Assembly (NCBI GenBank): GCA_040771865.1
Contig: JAXGZF010000004.1
Location: 124,001 to 188,000, forward strand
Direction of reading: 5' to 3'
Length of the DNA stretch: 64,000 nt
Origin: Desulfobacterales bacterium
GTDB lineage: Bacteria > Desulfobacterota > Desulfobacteria > Desulfobacterales > UBA2245
Shown here: positions 20,220-30,649 of the stretch, piece by piece
Layout of the letters: each line of letters starts with the position of its first letter
Position numbering within the stretch: the stretch's first letter is position 1
The notes under the pieces: generated by a model
The model's input: only the letters and a program-made list of their open reading frames with translations
The model's database searches: none
What the model was told of the DNA's origin: nothing
Program-made: the position numbers and the translations under genes

Positions 20220-20232
20220 CCGTTTTATCCAG

Positions 20233-20260
20233 CCCGATCGAAAGATCGGGTTTTTTGTTT
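20233..20260 (+). terminator. Rho-independent terminator of the tRNA-Ser pair
   Basis: CCCGATC-GAAA-GATCGGG followed by TTTTTTGTTT. Confidence 0.85.
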
Positions 20261-20386
20261 GAAGATCGGGTTGTCTCTGATTTCATCGTATGTATTTCTC
20301 TTCGCTCATCCACTGCAACCAATGCCGCCGCCGATATGCAGCCATGTTTCGGCCCTCTGTCTTGACCGCCGAGAGCCGCGTCTGAA

Positions 20387-21115
20387 TCATGAGCGTTTTG
20401 AAATGCCGCGCGCTTTTTGAAGCCTTTTCCAGAAAGGTTTAAAGAGAAAACTTCTTTCATCCAGGCTGCAGAGCCTTTCGAACATGGGCCGGGTCACGGT
20501 AAAAGCCAGTATGTTTGAAGGCAGATGCTGGCGCATGGCAATGTCGGTTGCGCCGATCAGGGCCTGGCAGGCGTTGAAATCCTCGAACAGAGGGGCCAGT
20601 TTCATGCATCCGGCCCCGAAAGGGGCCAGCACCGCCGGCGGATCTTCCGGGCTTTGGTGGTAGTAGGCCCCGGTGATCAACAGACTCAACTGATCGGGAT
20701 TGACCAGAAAGGTGACGGTTTTCAGCCGGGCATACTGGTCCGGCATCAGCGGCCCGATAAAAAGATGTGCATGGGTCTGGGAATAGGGTTTTACGTTGTC
20801 GAGCCACTGGTGCATCAATTGACGGGAAGCTCTGAGCCCTTCGGCCTCGGCCAGAAACGTGACAAAATCCTCCCGGGATCGACCGCTGATGCCGCAGAGC
20901 CAGTTCCCGCATCCGGGACATCCAAAATTTTCGCGGGTGATATGAAGCGTGGCGCCTTTCAACCAGTGATTGTAGAATTCAAATACGCATCCATGCCGGC
21001 CTTTTTGAGGTTCAATCAGGGGGGCAAACGGTTCCGGGTCCGGCGCATCGTAAAATCCGATCAGCGGAAGCTCGATGCCGGCTTTTTCCAACAAAAGGCT
21101 GGGTTCTGGTTTCAT
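20387..21115 (-). CDS. DUF169-family protein (Cys-containing)
   Basis: GCV, GCPGC, V-PDQLS-L, PFGAGC and IGATDIAMR patterns. Confidence 0.65.
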   Translation of the reverse strand: MKPEPSLLLEKAGIELPLIGFYDAPDPEPFAPLIEPQKGRHGCVFEFYNHWLKGATLHITRENFGCPGCGNWLCGISGRSREDFVTFLAEAEGLRASRQLMHQWLDNVKPYSQTHAHLFIGPLMPDQYARLKTVTFLVNPDQLSLLITGAYYHQSPEDPPAVLAPFGAGCMKLAPLFEDFNACQALIGATDIAMRQHLPSNILAFTVTRPMFERLCSLDERSFLFKPFWKRLQKARGISKRS

Positions 21116-21157
21116 GGTCTTCTCCTGTACGTGTATGAATCGTCTGAAGCATGGATT

Positions 21158-21964
21158 CTAAAAGCGGGACATGATCCGCCGGAAGAAGTTCTGAATCCGT
21201 GCGATCCATGATGCCCGAATGCGCACCTTCAGATACAGATCTCCGGATTTTCCGCCGTCTTTTCCGCGTTTTCCCATGCCGGTCAATCGAATCAGCTGGC
21301 CTTCGCGAACCCCGGGCGGTATGGTGACAACGAGGTCCTTGCCCTGTTCCCGGTGATAATATTTAAACTTTCCGCCCTGAAGGGCCTGAATCGGCGCCAG
21401 AACCAGATCGTCCAATCGATCGGCGCCATTTTCGGGTATGACGGCGCCGGTGAGCTTTCGCAGAAGATTGCGGCCGAATCCGCCGAGGTTTCCGGGGAGA
21501 ATTGAAGGGACCTCGCGGTGAAGGCCGTGGCCGGTTTTCCCGGTAAAGACAAAGCCTGTTGCGTGCATTCCCGGCCGTCTGACCTCAAAACGCTGATAGC
21601 CCTGTCCTTCAAAATCCTTGAAGATGTCGTCGAAACTGCGAAATCCGAAAACCCGGGTCATCTCTTCGAAAATATGGTGAATATCAGAACCTGAAAATAT
21701 GTCGCGGTCGGAATATTGACTGCGAAACTGCCCATAGGCCGATGAACCGAAACGCTGGCGCAAGCTGTCGTATTCACTTCGTTTTTGTGCATTTGAAAGC
21801 ACGGCATAGGCTTCATTCAGATCCTTCATTCGGTCGATGGCTTCCGGGTCGCTGCACCGGTCTGGGTGATATTTGAAGGCCAGGTTCCGATAGGATTCCT
21901 TAACCTCTTTGGCTGAGGCGTTTTTCTCGATGCCCAGAATCCGGTAATAATCTTTTGGTTCCAT
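21158..21964 (-). CDS. DnaJ-domain protein (CbpA-like, no zinc finger)
   Basis: DYYRILG...YHPD J-domain; C-terminal VTIPPGVREGQLIRLTGMG...GDLYL. Confidence 0.9.
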   Translation of the reverse strand: MEPKDYYRILGIEKNASAKEVKESYRNLAFKYHPDRCSDPEAIDRMKDLNEAYAVLSNAQKRSEYDSLRQRFGSSAYGQFRSQYSDRDIFSGSDIHHIFEEMTRVFGFRSFDDIFKDFEGQGYQRFEVRRPGMHATGFVFTGKTGHGLHREVPSILPGNLGGFGRNLLRKLTGAVIPENGADRLDDLVLAPIQALQGGKFKYYHREQGKDLVVTIPPGVREGQLIRLTGMGKRGKDGGKSGDLYLKVRIRASWIARIQNFFRRIMSRF

Positions 21965-22035
21965 GAGCGTCCTTATAGCTGACGGTTAAATTGGCATTCC
22001 GGACGAGCGGCGAAGTCCATTCACGTCAGGAATCA

Positions 22036-22562
22036 TTAAGGACCCATTATAGTCACCGCCGGGGCGGTTTGCAAGGTGTCGCGGGACCATCCGTCCGGAC
22101 GAATTTCAGGATCGCCGCTGCACTTACATTTCAACGATACGGAAAGCTTCAACAGGGCATCCAGGACCGGCGGAACAAAACGCATTTTCAGGGCCGAATC
22201 CAGTTCTTCCGGGCGGATGAGCAGATATTTCCAGGCAAGTTTCGAGATGATGGCGATGGCCTGATATTGTACAGAGATCTTCAGCGTACTGAAATCCAGT
22301 GGAACGATGGTTGCACGGCAGGCTGGAATTTCGACTGCCTTGCTATGAATGATGATTGTTTCCGGACCCAGTGCGTCAAATAAATTTTTCTTGCAGTGCA
22401 CGCCTTCTTCGGCAAGCGCCAGAACAAAATCCGGCTTTCGATCCCGGTGAATTCAATGGGATCCTTTGAGAGAATCGCCTCGCTGATCGAAGGCCCCGTC
22501 ATGACGGTGATTTCGTACTGGTTTTCAGGCTGACTCGAAGCCCGGCAAGCAGGGTATTTCAT
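22036..22562 (-). pseudogene. Truncated, frameshifted 2-oxoacid:acceptor oxidoreductase gamma-type domain remnant
   Basis: Two overlapping ORFs join with one extra base near 22436 to give YEITVMTGPSISEAILSKDPIEFTGIE-x-PDFVLALAEEGV; the N-terminal part is missing. Confidence 0.55.
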
Positions 22563-22574
22563 TTTTTGCGTGGT

Positions 22575-23252
22575 CTAGTCTTTCCACAGGTCCACATCGA
22601 TCAGTCCAAGCTTCGCAGCATACCGGACCAGCTCCATGGTACTGTGAAGATCGAGCTTTTTCATGATATTGGCCCGATGGTTTTCCACGGTCTTGGGGCT
22701 GATGAAAAGTTTGTCGGCAATTTCCCGGGGGCCGACGCCTTCGGCCAGCATCCGCATGATCTCCTGCTCTCTGGGAGTCAGTGCGCCGTATTCGGCATCG
22801 GTGATTCGCGCCTCCTTGACGGGAAATTTCATCAGGTTTTCAACTACCTGAAGTGAAACCGAACTGTCCAGAAAGTATTCGCCTTTGACGATGGCTTCCA
22901 GACCCTGGACCAGACGCTCGGCGGCCGATTCCTTGGCGACATACCCTTTGGCGCCTGCCTGAAATGCTTCGGCGATGTAGTCGATTTTAGAGTGCATGCT
23001 GACGATCATGATCATAACCTGGGGCTGCTGTTTTTTTAGTTCATAGGTCAGTTGAATGCCGCTTTTGTCCGGCAGTGATATATCCACCAGAATGATGTCG
23101 GGATTGAGTTTTTTTGCCTCATGCAGAGCGCCTGCGGCGTTTTCCGCCTCGCCCACCACCTTGAAGCGTTCATTTCTGCCGATGATGTACTTGAGCCCTT
23201 CCCGAAACAGCGGATGATCGTCTACGATGAGTATGCTTTTTTGCTGTGCCAC
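22575..23252 (-). CDS. NarL/FixJ-family response regulator (REC + LuxR HTH)
   Basis: VDDHPLFREG, VDISLP and LTPREQEI...ISPKTVENHRANIMKKL motifs. Confidence 0.95.
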   Translation of the reverse strand: MAQQKSILIVDDHPLFREGLKYIIGRNERFKVVGEAENAAGALHEAKKLNPDIILVDISLPDKSGIQLTYELKKQQPQVMIMIVSMHSKIDYIAEAFQAGAKGYVAKESAAERLVQGLEAIVKGEYFLDSSVSLQVVENLMKFPVKEARITDAEYGALTPREQEIMRMLAEGVGPREIADKLFISPKTVENHRANIMKKLDLHSTMELVRYAAKLGLIDVDLWKD

Positions 23253-23253
23253 C

Positions 23254-25728
23254 TTATCTCTCCTTTACGGGGACCCGAATAAGAATTTTGGTGCCTTCCT
23301 GCGGGCGGGAATGTATCTTGAAAACACCGCTCAAAAGATGAATGCGTTCTTCCATGTTGCGCAGGCCCATGCGTTTGGCTTTCATGGAAGCAATCATCTG
23401 GGTTTTTTCGTCAAATCCTTTCCCATTGTCATTGATTCGCAGAATGATGTTCGGATGGGACTTGACCAGCCGAATGGTGACATGGGTGGCTTCGGAATGC
23501 AGCGCGATGTTGTTGAGGGATTCCTGAATCACCCGGTAGAGGTTGATCTCAAGAGCGGCATCCAACCGACTATTGTCCAGACCGGCTGAAGCGAAATCTA
23601 TTGCTATGGGGTGTCGTTCTGAAAAGCTTTTGCAGTAATCATATACGGTCCGGACCAGCCCCAGCTGATCCAGGCTGGCCGGCCGAAGGTCATAGGTCAG
23701 ATCCCTGACATCCCGAATCGATGCTTCCAGCATGCCGGAAAGTTCGTTCACCTTTTGGCGGATGGCTTCAGGCGCCTCCGGCCATTTATCAAACAGCATT
23801 CGGCAGCCGATATTGACCATAGACAGATTCTGAGCCAAATGATCGTGCAGATACAGGGCGATCTGGTGCCGTTCGCTTTCCTGGGCGCTGATCAGACGCT
23901 GGGTCAGCGTACGAATCTGCTCCTTGGAACGCTGAAGCTGGGTGATGTCGTTTCCGATGCACAGTATTTCACAAACCTTTCCGGCGGCATCGCAGATGGT
24001 TCTGGTGGTCCAGGAAACCCAGAACTTCTCTTCACCGTTCTGTTGAAGCCCCTCGGTTTCAAAGTTGGAAAAATCTCCATGACCCTGAATTTGATCCAGA
24101 ATATATCCCATGTCATTTCCCTGGACGTCGATTTCGGGCATGACGGTGCCGATGATGTTTTTCCCCAGAATTTCACTTTCTCGATAGCCAAAGAAACGCT
24201 GGGCGAATTCATTGAAAAAGGTGATAAAACCCTCTGTATCGCAGCGCAGGATGATGCTGTTGGCATTTTCCACCAACTCCCGGTATTTGGTTTCACTTTG
24301 CTTTAAAGCCAGTTCGGCATAACGATGTTCGGTGATATCCCGAAACGACTCGATAACGCCGACGATCTGTTTCTGAGAATTATAAAACGGGCTGACCTTT
24401 ACCCAGAGCCGCAACATATTGCCTTTAATCAGGCACGATGCCTCGGCGAGCAGAACATCTTTTTCCCTTCTGATGATCTTGTATTTCTTTTCGACTTCCG
24501 GATTCGGGTTCAAAAACAGGTCCGCCAGAAGCGGTTCTCGGATTCCATAAAACGGAAGGGCGTATTCGTAATCCCCCTTTCCAAGCATGTCTTTTGCGGC
24601 AACACCGGTGATCAGCTCCATGGCCCGGTTCCAGATGATCACCCGACCCTCCGTATTGATGGCAAATGTGGGATCCGGAAGAAAATCGATGATATCCGCC
24701 AGGCGCTGTTCCGACTCCGCAAGCGCTCTTTCCATCGTCATGCGACGGGTGATGTCCTGGACAGACACCAGAACATTTTGGATGCCTTTGTTTCCCGGAG
24801 GAATGACAAGATTCAGCAGAACATGGATGGGTCTTCCGTCCAGGGATAGACTGATTCCGTCGCCCTGAAATTCGCTCCTGCCGTCTCCTATGGCAATCAA
24901 CTCCTCGACAAAGAGCCTGTCGAGATCAAGCGCCAGAATTTTGTCGAGGTTGCCAAGCAGTTGCTGCTTATCCCGGGCGCCGAACATTTTGATCGCTGCA
25001 TCGTTGACGTCCTTGACCCGAACCATTCGGGCGACCCTTTTTACAAAATCCGGGTGCTCCTTCAAATATTTTTTAAGATCTTGGATGCCCTGCGATTTGA
25101 GCGCTTCCAGCTCGCGGTACATCGCGGAAAAATCTTCTTCAAAAAGAGGAACCGGCGAGTTCTTGAACAGTCTGGAATAGCGCGACTCGCTGTCGCGCAG
25201 GGCTTTTTCCGCGCTTTTGCGTTCGGTGATATCCAGCATCGAAAGCATCATGCAGATCCGGTTGCCATTCGGATCGGCAATCATGTGGGCGGAAATCTCC
25301 GCATCAAACAGGGAGCGATCACTGCGGCTGGCAACAATTTCTCCTCTCCAGACTCCTTTTTGCGCCAGATCGTCGAGCAGGATCCGGGCGGCATCCGCAT
25401 CATGGAAAAAATCCGTCGAGGACTTTCCCAGGGCCTGATCCGCATAGGCGTACCGGAAGACGGACAAAAAGGCCGGATTGACATAGGAAACTCGGCCGTC
25501 CATATCCAGCAGCGATATGGGGTATTCGGCCGATTCCATGGCCCATTTTTTGATCCACAGAGCTTCGAGCTCATGTTTTCTGGCTGCGACGGCGCTTTTG
25601 AGTTCGTTGCACTGGCGGGTCAGGGCCTCGATCTCTCGAATCAGATCCCGAGGATCTTTTTCTTGATGACAATGTGAATGATTTTCCTTTTTCACCTTTC
25701 CGACCTGTCCCCGGCTGATTTTCTGCAA
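23254..25728 (-). CDS. Multi-PAS sensor histidine kinase (HisKA_3 type)
   Basis: Four PAS/PAC repeats (DITERK, DITRR, DITEHR, DITQ); ERHQIALYLHD H-box; QESLNN and DNGKGF. Exact start uncertain. Confidence 0.9.
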   Translation of the reverse strand: MQKISRGQVGKVKKENHSHCHQEKDPRDLIREIEALTRQCNELKSAVAARKHELEALWIKKWAMESAEYPISLLDMDGRVSYVNPAFLSVFRYAYADQALGKSSTDFFHDADAARILLDDLAQKGVWRGEIVASRSDRSLFDAEISAHMIADPNGNRICMMLSMLDITERKSAEKALRDSESRYSRLFKNSPVPLFEEDFSAMYRELEALKSQGIQDLKKYLKEHPDFVKRVARMVRVKDVNDAAIKMFGARDKQQLLGNLDKILALDLDRLFVEELIAIGDGRSEFQGDGISLSLDGRPIHVLLNLVIPPGNKGIQNVLVSVQDITRRMTMERALAESEQRLADIIDFLPDPTFAINTEGRVIIWNRAMELITGVAAKDMLGKGDYEYALPFYGIREPLLADLFLNPNPEVEKKYKIIRREKDVLLAEASCLIKGNMLRLWVKVSPFYNSQKQIVGVIESFRDITEHRYAELALKQSETKYRELVENANSIILRCDTEGFITFFNEFAQRFFGYRESEILGKNIIGTVMPEIDVQGNDMGYILDQIQGHGDFSNFETEGLQQNGEEKFWVSWTTRTICDAAGKVCEILCIGNDITQLQRSKEQIRTLTQRLISAQESERHQIALYLHDHLAQNLSMVNIGCRMLFDKWPEAPEAIRQKVNELSGMLEASIRDVRDLTYDLRPASLDQLGLVRTVYDYCKSFSERHPIAIDFASAGLDNSRLDAALEINLYRVIQESLNNIALHSEATHVTIRLVKSHPNIILRINDNGKGFDEKTQMIASMKAKRMGLRNMEERIHLLSGVFKIHSRPQEGTKILIRVPVKER

Positions 25729-25734
25729 AGAGCA

Positions 25735-26751
25735 TTATGATTTGGAATTGGTTTTGATCCGCAAAAAACTTTCAGGATTCCAGTCATCCGTACTCTCAAC
25801 TGAGTTTTGACGCAAGTCGCAATTATGACGTCGGCACACCGGGCAATCCGGGTCGATGCAGGGATCCATATGAATCAGAACGCTGGCGGATCCGCCAAAG
25901 CGATCCGCGATGATTTTCTCAAGCGCTTTGGCTTCGCTGTGGGCGCGTTCCAGTGAAAAATACCGCGGCAGAATCAGGTGAAAATCCAAGTGAATAAAAT
26001 TCCCCGATCGCCAGGCGCGAAGCTGGTGGACATCGATCCAGCTGTCCCGGCGCTCCTGAACCAGCACCTCGGATATCTGCTGAAGCAAAGCTGCATCCGA
26101 GGCGTCCATGAGTCCGGAAATCGAGCGTTTTACCAGCCATGTCCCTGAAAAGAGTATATTGATTCCCATCAGACAGGCCACCATGCCGTCAATCCAGAGC
26201 CATCCGGTATGATAAACCAGAAAAAGTCCGGCTAGAACGCCCACCGAGGTGTATACATCGGTCAGCACGTGTTTTCCGTCCGCGATCAGGGTGAGTGAAT
26301 GGGTTTTATTGCCAATGTGAACCAGACCTGCTCCCAGCAGCAGATTGATGATTCCGGCCCCTGCCACAACGTACAGGCCGCCCTCCAGGTTGGGCAGCTC
26401 CCGCGGGGAGAGCAGGTGGTTCCAGCCGGTTTTGAATATGCCAATGGCGGCCAGAATAATCAGAGCACCCTCAAATCCCGCCGAAAAATATTCAACCTTT
26501 CCGTGGCCGTAAGGATGACCTAAATCTGGGGGTTTGGCGGCGATCCAGATGCTGGCGGCCGCAAAGGCGCTGGCCACGACGTTGATGATGGATTCCAGCG
26601 CATCGGAAAGAATGGCCGATGACCCGGTAATCCGGTAGGCATAAAATTTTCCACCCATCAACCCCAGACCGATCAAGAAAGACAGACCGACGGCGATCAA
26701 TCGCAGTTTCTGCGGGTTTTGCAATAAGTGCGACGGTGTGTTCAAAGCCAT
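25735..26751 (-). CDS. Cation diffusion facilitator family transporter
   Basis: SDALES, HPYGHGKVEY and ADGKHVLTD motifs; Cys-rich C-terminus (CIDPDCPVC). Confidence 0.92.
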   Translation of the reverse strand: MALNTPSHLLQNPQKLRLIAVGLSFLIGLGLMGGKFYAYRITGSSAILSDALESIINVVASAFAAASIWIAAKPPDLGHPYGHGKVEYFSAGFEGALIILAAIGIFKTGWNHLLSPRELPNLEGGLYVVAGAGIINLLLGAGLVHIGNKTHSLTLIADGKHVLTDVYTSVGVLAGLFLVYHTGWLWIDGMVACLMGINILFSGTWLVKRSISGLMDASDAALLQQISEVLVQERRDSWIDVHQLRAWRSGNFIHLDFHLILPRYFSLERAHSEAKALEKIIADRFGGSASVLIHMDPCIDPDCPVCRRHNCDLRQNSVESTDDWNPESFLRIKTNSKS

Positions 26752-26966
26752 CGAAGATTTCCTCTTGGCGCCTGACTGCGCAAACAAAAAAAACATCATA
26801 CGCCTGTTCGAAAGTTTTCGTCAATCGACGGAATAACGAAAACAAACTATTTGCCAATGCCGGCCGGTTATGCTGATTTTCAAGGTTATTTGAACTTTTG
26901 CCGGCGAAGTTTCTTGATCTGGCAAAAATTGCTGGATTTGTTTTGGCCGTCTCAAGACTCAGCGCA

Positions 26967-27386
26967 TTATTTAATCAGCATGACAGGGCATTTGGCCAGC
27001 AGAGCCACCTTGTAGCTGATTGTTCCCCAGCCTCCTGCAGGATTCTGGGGGGTGACCGTGTGCGAATGCATCACGATCAGGTCAATGCCGTGCGTTTCAG
27101 AAAAATTGAGTATTTCCCGCCACCGACTTCCAAAAACGATTTTAGGTTCAACGGCAACCGATGTCTCGATATCGCGCTGCATCCACTCTTTCATGCGGGA
27201 CTGGGCGCGGCGTTCGAGCCGGAGATAAAACTCGCCGAACTCTTCAAAGGAGGTATCGGCAATGGTTTCGATAACGTGAAACAGGTAAATAACGGCTGAA
27301 TTGCAGGCAGCCATTTTTGCGGCAATATTCAGGGCCGAGCGGCTTTTTTCCGAAAAATCGATGGGAACCAGAATCTTTTCAAACAT
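26967..27386 (-). CDS. Universal stress protein
   Basis: KILVPIDFS, DLIVMHSH and CPVMLIK motifs. Confidence 0.92.
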   Translation of the reverse strand: MFEKILVPIDFSEKSRSALNIAAKMAACNSAVIYLFHVIETIADTSFEEFGEFYLRLERRAQSRMKEWMQRDIETSVAVEPKIVFGSRWREILNFSETHGIDLIVMHSHTVTPQNPAGGWGTISYKVALLAKCPVMLIK

Positions 27387-27431
27387 GGCGGACCTTTCAG
27401 ATGTAGTGAAATGGGCTATACTTGGCGCTTC

Positions 27432-27656
27432 TTATTTTTCCAGCGCATGGAGTCTTTCTTCTGCCTTCTTCGCGTAGGCGCTTCGGGAATGTTTGTCAAG
27501 TATTTCACGGTACAGCTGCCGGGCGTGTTCGGGGTTGTTTTGCAGCTCTTCCAGTTTGGCGGTTTTAAAAAGCGTTTCTGCCGATTCACTTCCGCATCCC
27601 GGCAAAAATGCGATTAAAAAGACCAGGCACAGCGCGGGAACAATTTTTTTCATCAT
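27432..27656 (-). CDS. Small lipoprotein with a TPR-like helix pair
   Basis: Lipobox-like LPGC; GGAGG RBS; ARQLYREILDKH...AKKAEERL. Confidence 0.7.
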   Translation of the reverse strand: MMKKIVPALCLVFLIAFLPGCGSESAETLFKTAKLEELQNNPEHARQLYREILDKHSRSAYAKKAEERLHALEK

Positions 27657-27668
27657 GCCTCCATTTTG

Positions 27669-28733
27669 TTATGAGACGGTAATGGTGTTTTGATTTTCAT
27701 CGACCCGGAACCTTGCGTCGATAAATTTTTCACATACATGAATATTGGCCCGAATATGATCGGTTAACCCGGAAATTCGTATGGTTCCGCCCAGCAAAGC
27801 CATCAGGGGTATCAAATTGTCAGCCAGATGTTCATCGACAGCCGCCTTTGATGCAATGCGTTCGTGAAGTTTGCGGGCGGCCGTCTGCCCGACAATCTCG
27901 GCCCTAAGGCCTTTTTCTCCCAGGGCATCGGCGCCGATTCCGGGAGACTTTCGGCCGCCGGCCGCCCACAGGGTGATAACGGTTCCGGTCGATGCGCTTT
28001 GAACGTAAGATTCCTGAATATGGACGGAAAAAAACTTTTCCAGTGCCTGGCGTGCCCCGGCGGCCTGTCGTTTTGCCACATCGGCTTGGCGAAGGTTTTC
28101 CGTGGCAACTGAGATACCGCAGATTCGATCGATGAATGGCGGAGAAGCCCGAACCACTGGGGGAATCCGGGTTCGAAGATGACCGGTAAAGTCTTCGAAA
28201 TCGGCAAAATCCGTTGCTCGAAACCGGGGCTGAATTCTAATTTCAACCTTGCCTTGGCCCCTGGGATAAAATCCTCTGCAAAGGACTTTCAGCTCGATGT
28301 CGGCAAGGGCTTTAAAATGCGGCAGAACGATACGGGAAACATAGTCCATGGGCATGCTCCATCGAACATCTGTGCCGCCGGTGATTTGAAGCCGGATTGC
28401 ATCATCGGCGAACATGCAGGGCAGCAGCAGACATTGGAGCAGCAGACTGATGGAACCGGCCGTTCCGATATTCAGACACAGGGTTTGAGGAGTGATCTTT
28501 CCGGGAAAAAATGCAAGGGAATCCGCTCCGGGCCGGGTGCCGTCGGTTTGAACGCCGGAAAGCCGGTCAAGGGCCTGAATTCCGCAGACATGTTGTGCCT
28601 TGAGACCCGGTTTGGGTCGGTTCCGGCGGATATTGACCGCCTGAAAAGGCCGACCGGTAAGCGCAGATAAGGCCAAAGCCGTTCGCAGCATCTGGCCTCC
28701 GCCTTCCATCAGGCTTCCGTCGATGAAAATCAT
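27669..28733 (-). CDS. rtcA: RNA 3'-terminal phosphate cyclase
   Basis: EGGGQMLRTALALS, RPKPGLKAQH, GGTDV and RGFYPRG motifs; His in TDHIRAN at the adenylation-site position. Confidence 0.93.
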   Translation of the reverse strand: MIFIDGSLMEGGGQMLRTALALSALTGRPFQAVNIRRNRPKPGLKAQHVCGIQALDRLSGVQTDGTRPGADSLAFFPGKITPQTLCLNIGTAGSISLLLQCLLLPCMFADDAIRLQITGGTDVRWSMPMDYVSRIVLPHFKALADIELKVLCRGFYPRGQGKVEIRIQPRFRATDFADFEDFTGHLRTRIPPVVRASPPFIDRICGISVATENLRQADVAKRQAAGARQALEKFFSVHIQESYVQSASTGTVITLWAAGGRKSPGIGADALGEKGLRAEIVGQTAARKLHERIASKAAVDEHLADNLIPLMALLGGTIRISGLTDHIRANIHVCEKFIDARFRVDENQNTITVS

Positions 28734-28740
28734 GGTCCAA

Positions 28741-29847
28741 TCACAGTGTGATCAGGTTATATTGTGCGTTTCCCAGGCCGATTTTCTCGGCATAGGCGAT
28801 CTGGTGCCGACCCTCCACATAATTCCAGACTCCTCTGAATTTGTCTTCTCCGGGCTGATGATTGCAGGACAGCAGGGAATTTTTGAACCCGCTCTGCTGG
28901 TTGACCATATCATAGGAGGCGTTGTCCAGAGCAACCGGATCCCTTGAGGCCAGTATTCCGATGTCCGGAACAATGGGCGCATCGCTCCAGGGCACGCAAT
29001 CGCAGTCCGGTGTAATATGGGTCAGGAAGTTGATGAAGCCGATTCTGCCGGCCTTGTTTTTGGCGGCGCCGTAAGCGTATTCGGTCATCTTTTCGATAAA
29101 GGGAACGATTTCCGTGCGCCAGTCCAGGGAAATGGCTTTTTCCGGGCACATTGTCACGCACTCCCCGCATCCGATGCACAGGGATTTGTCAATGCGGGAT
29201 TTTTGACCTTCCATACCGATGGCGCCTGCGGGACAGATGTCCCGGCACAGGCCGCATCCGGTGCATTTTTTTGCGACCACCACCGGCCGGGGGGAATGTT
29301 GCTCGCATTTTCCGGCCGCAGGCGCGCATCCCATGGCCAGATTCTTGATGGCCCCTCCGAACCCGGCCAGTTCGTGACCTTTGAAGTGAGAGAGCACGAT
29401 CATGCTGTCGGCGCTTTCGATGTCCTGAGCAATTTTGACGTTTTTGAAATGGTTTCGATTGATTTCGATTTCGGTGAAGTTTTTGCTTCGCAGACCGTCG
29501 GCGATGATCAGCGGCGCTCCGACGACGGCATAGGCAAAACCGTGTTCAATGGCGGTGATCAGGTGGTCAACCGCATTGGACCGGCTTCCGGCGTACAGTG
29601 TGTTGGAATCGGTCAGAAAAGCCCTGGCGCCGGCATTTTTGACCTTGTCCACAATGGGCCGAACAAAGATCGGACTGATGTGGGAATCATTGCCGGATTC
29701 GCCGAAATGAATCTTGATCGCCGTCAAATGATTCCGGGAGATGAAATCGGAAAATCCGGCCGCATCAAACAGATCTTTGATTTTGTTGACCTTGTTTTTC
29801 TTTTCGTTTCGACTTCTTAAATCCGTAAAATACACATCCGATGCCAT
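28741..29847 (-). CDS. DUF362 domain protein with a 2x[4Fe-4S] ferredoxin insert
   Basis: AIKIHFGE, SHFKGH...GGAIKNLAMGC, CTGCGLC..CP, CIGCGEC..CP and PDCDC motifs. Confidence 0.85.
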   Translation of the reverse strand: MASDVYFTDLRSRNEKKNKVNKIKDLFDAAGFSDFISRNHLTAIKIHFGESGNDSHISPIFVRPIVDKVKNAGARAFLTDSNTLYAGSRSNAVDHLITAIEHGFAYAVVGAPLIIADGLRSKNFTEIEINRNHFKNVKIAQDIESADSMIVLSHFKGHELAGFGGAIKNLAMGCAPAAGKCEQHSPRPVVVAKKCTGCGLCRDICPAGAIGMEGQKSRIDKSLCIGCGECVTMCPEKAISLDWRTEIVPFIEKMTEYAYGAAKNKAGRIGFINFLTHITPDCDCVPWSDAPIVPDIGILASRDPVALDNASYDMVNQQSGFKNSLLSCNHQPGEDKFRGVWNYVEGRHQIAYAEKIGLGNAQYNLITL

Positions 29848-30205
29848 GGCAGACTCCTTTAGTGCTTAAATGATTTCCCCCGGAGAAAAATGCAGAATCG
29901 AAACAGTCTTCAATTTGCCGCAGGAAATGATTTCATGAGTGAAAACAGCGGGCCTGACCCTGGAAATATTGACAAGCCTTTGATCATTAAGCATGGTTTC
30001 AACGGCCTTTTCATATTCTTTTTTACAGGCGAACTCCGACACTGAAAATTCCATTTGAAAACATCAGCATTTTCGGGCAATGATGAACCGGCAACAATGA
30101 ATTGAATAGACTGGGAATCACATCTTTTTTTACCATATCACGGGCTGGCGGTTAAGCCAATATGGAGCTGCCGGTTTCGTGTTGCAGGCCGCGAAGGGTG
30201 TATTG

Positions 30206-30646
30206 ATGAAGCGTTTATTTTTCTTGATGGGGTTTCTGTCCTTGACCGGCCTGGCTTTGGGGGTATATTCCGCGAGCCATGCTCAGGAGGCGGTTTCAGA
30301 TGAGCAACCGATTTCCCCGGCAGTTCCCACCCTGGCCAAGGCGGTCATGTGCGAAGATATTCAGGATTTCCAACCCAAAAACGCGGCGGTTGTTTTTTCC
30401 ATCTCCCGGGGGAAGGTGTTTTGCTTTACGTTTTTTGATCCCGTTTCCGAGCAGACGTTTATTTATCACCAATGGATTCATAAAAACAAGTTGAACACCA
30501 AGAGAAGGCTATATTTACAGCCGCCCCGCTGGTCCTCGTTCAGCAGTATTCAGCTTCGAGAAAGCGACAAGGGTCCATGGCGCGTTGAAATTCTCGATCA
30601 GTCGGAGAATGTGCTGGCCGTCTTGACTTTCAGTATTACGGACTGA
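30206..30646 (+). CDS. Exported DUF2914-like protein
   Basis: Signal peptide; CFT, IYHQW, RWSSFS and GPWRVEI patterns. Start moved to MKRLFF. Confidence 0.7.
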   Translation: MKRLFFLMGFLSLTGLALGVYSASHAQEAVSDEQPISPAVPTLAKAVMCEDIQDFQPKNAAVVFSISRGKVFCFTFFDPVSEQTFIYHQWIHKNKLNTKRRLYLQPPRWSSFSSIQLRESDKGPWRVEILDQSENVLAVLTFSITD

Positions 30647-30649
30647 CCG

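Noticed and set aside
19840..20460. 206-aa minus-strand ORF and the small plus-strand ORFs in the same span
   Set aside because: They overlap the two tRNA-Ser genes and are translation artefacts.
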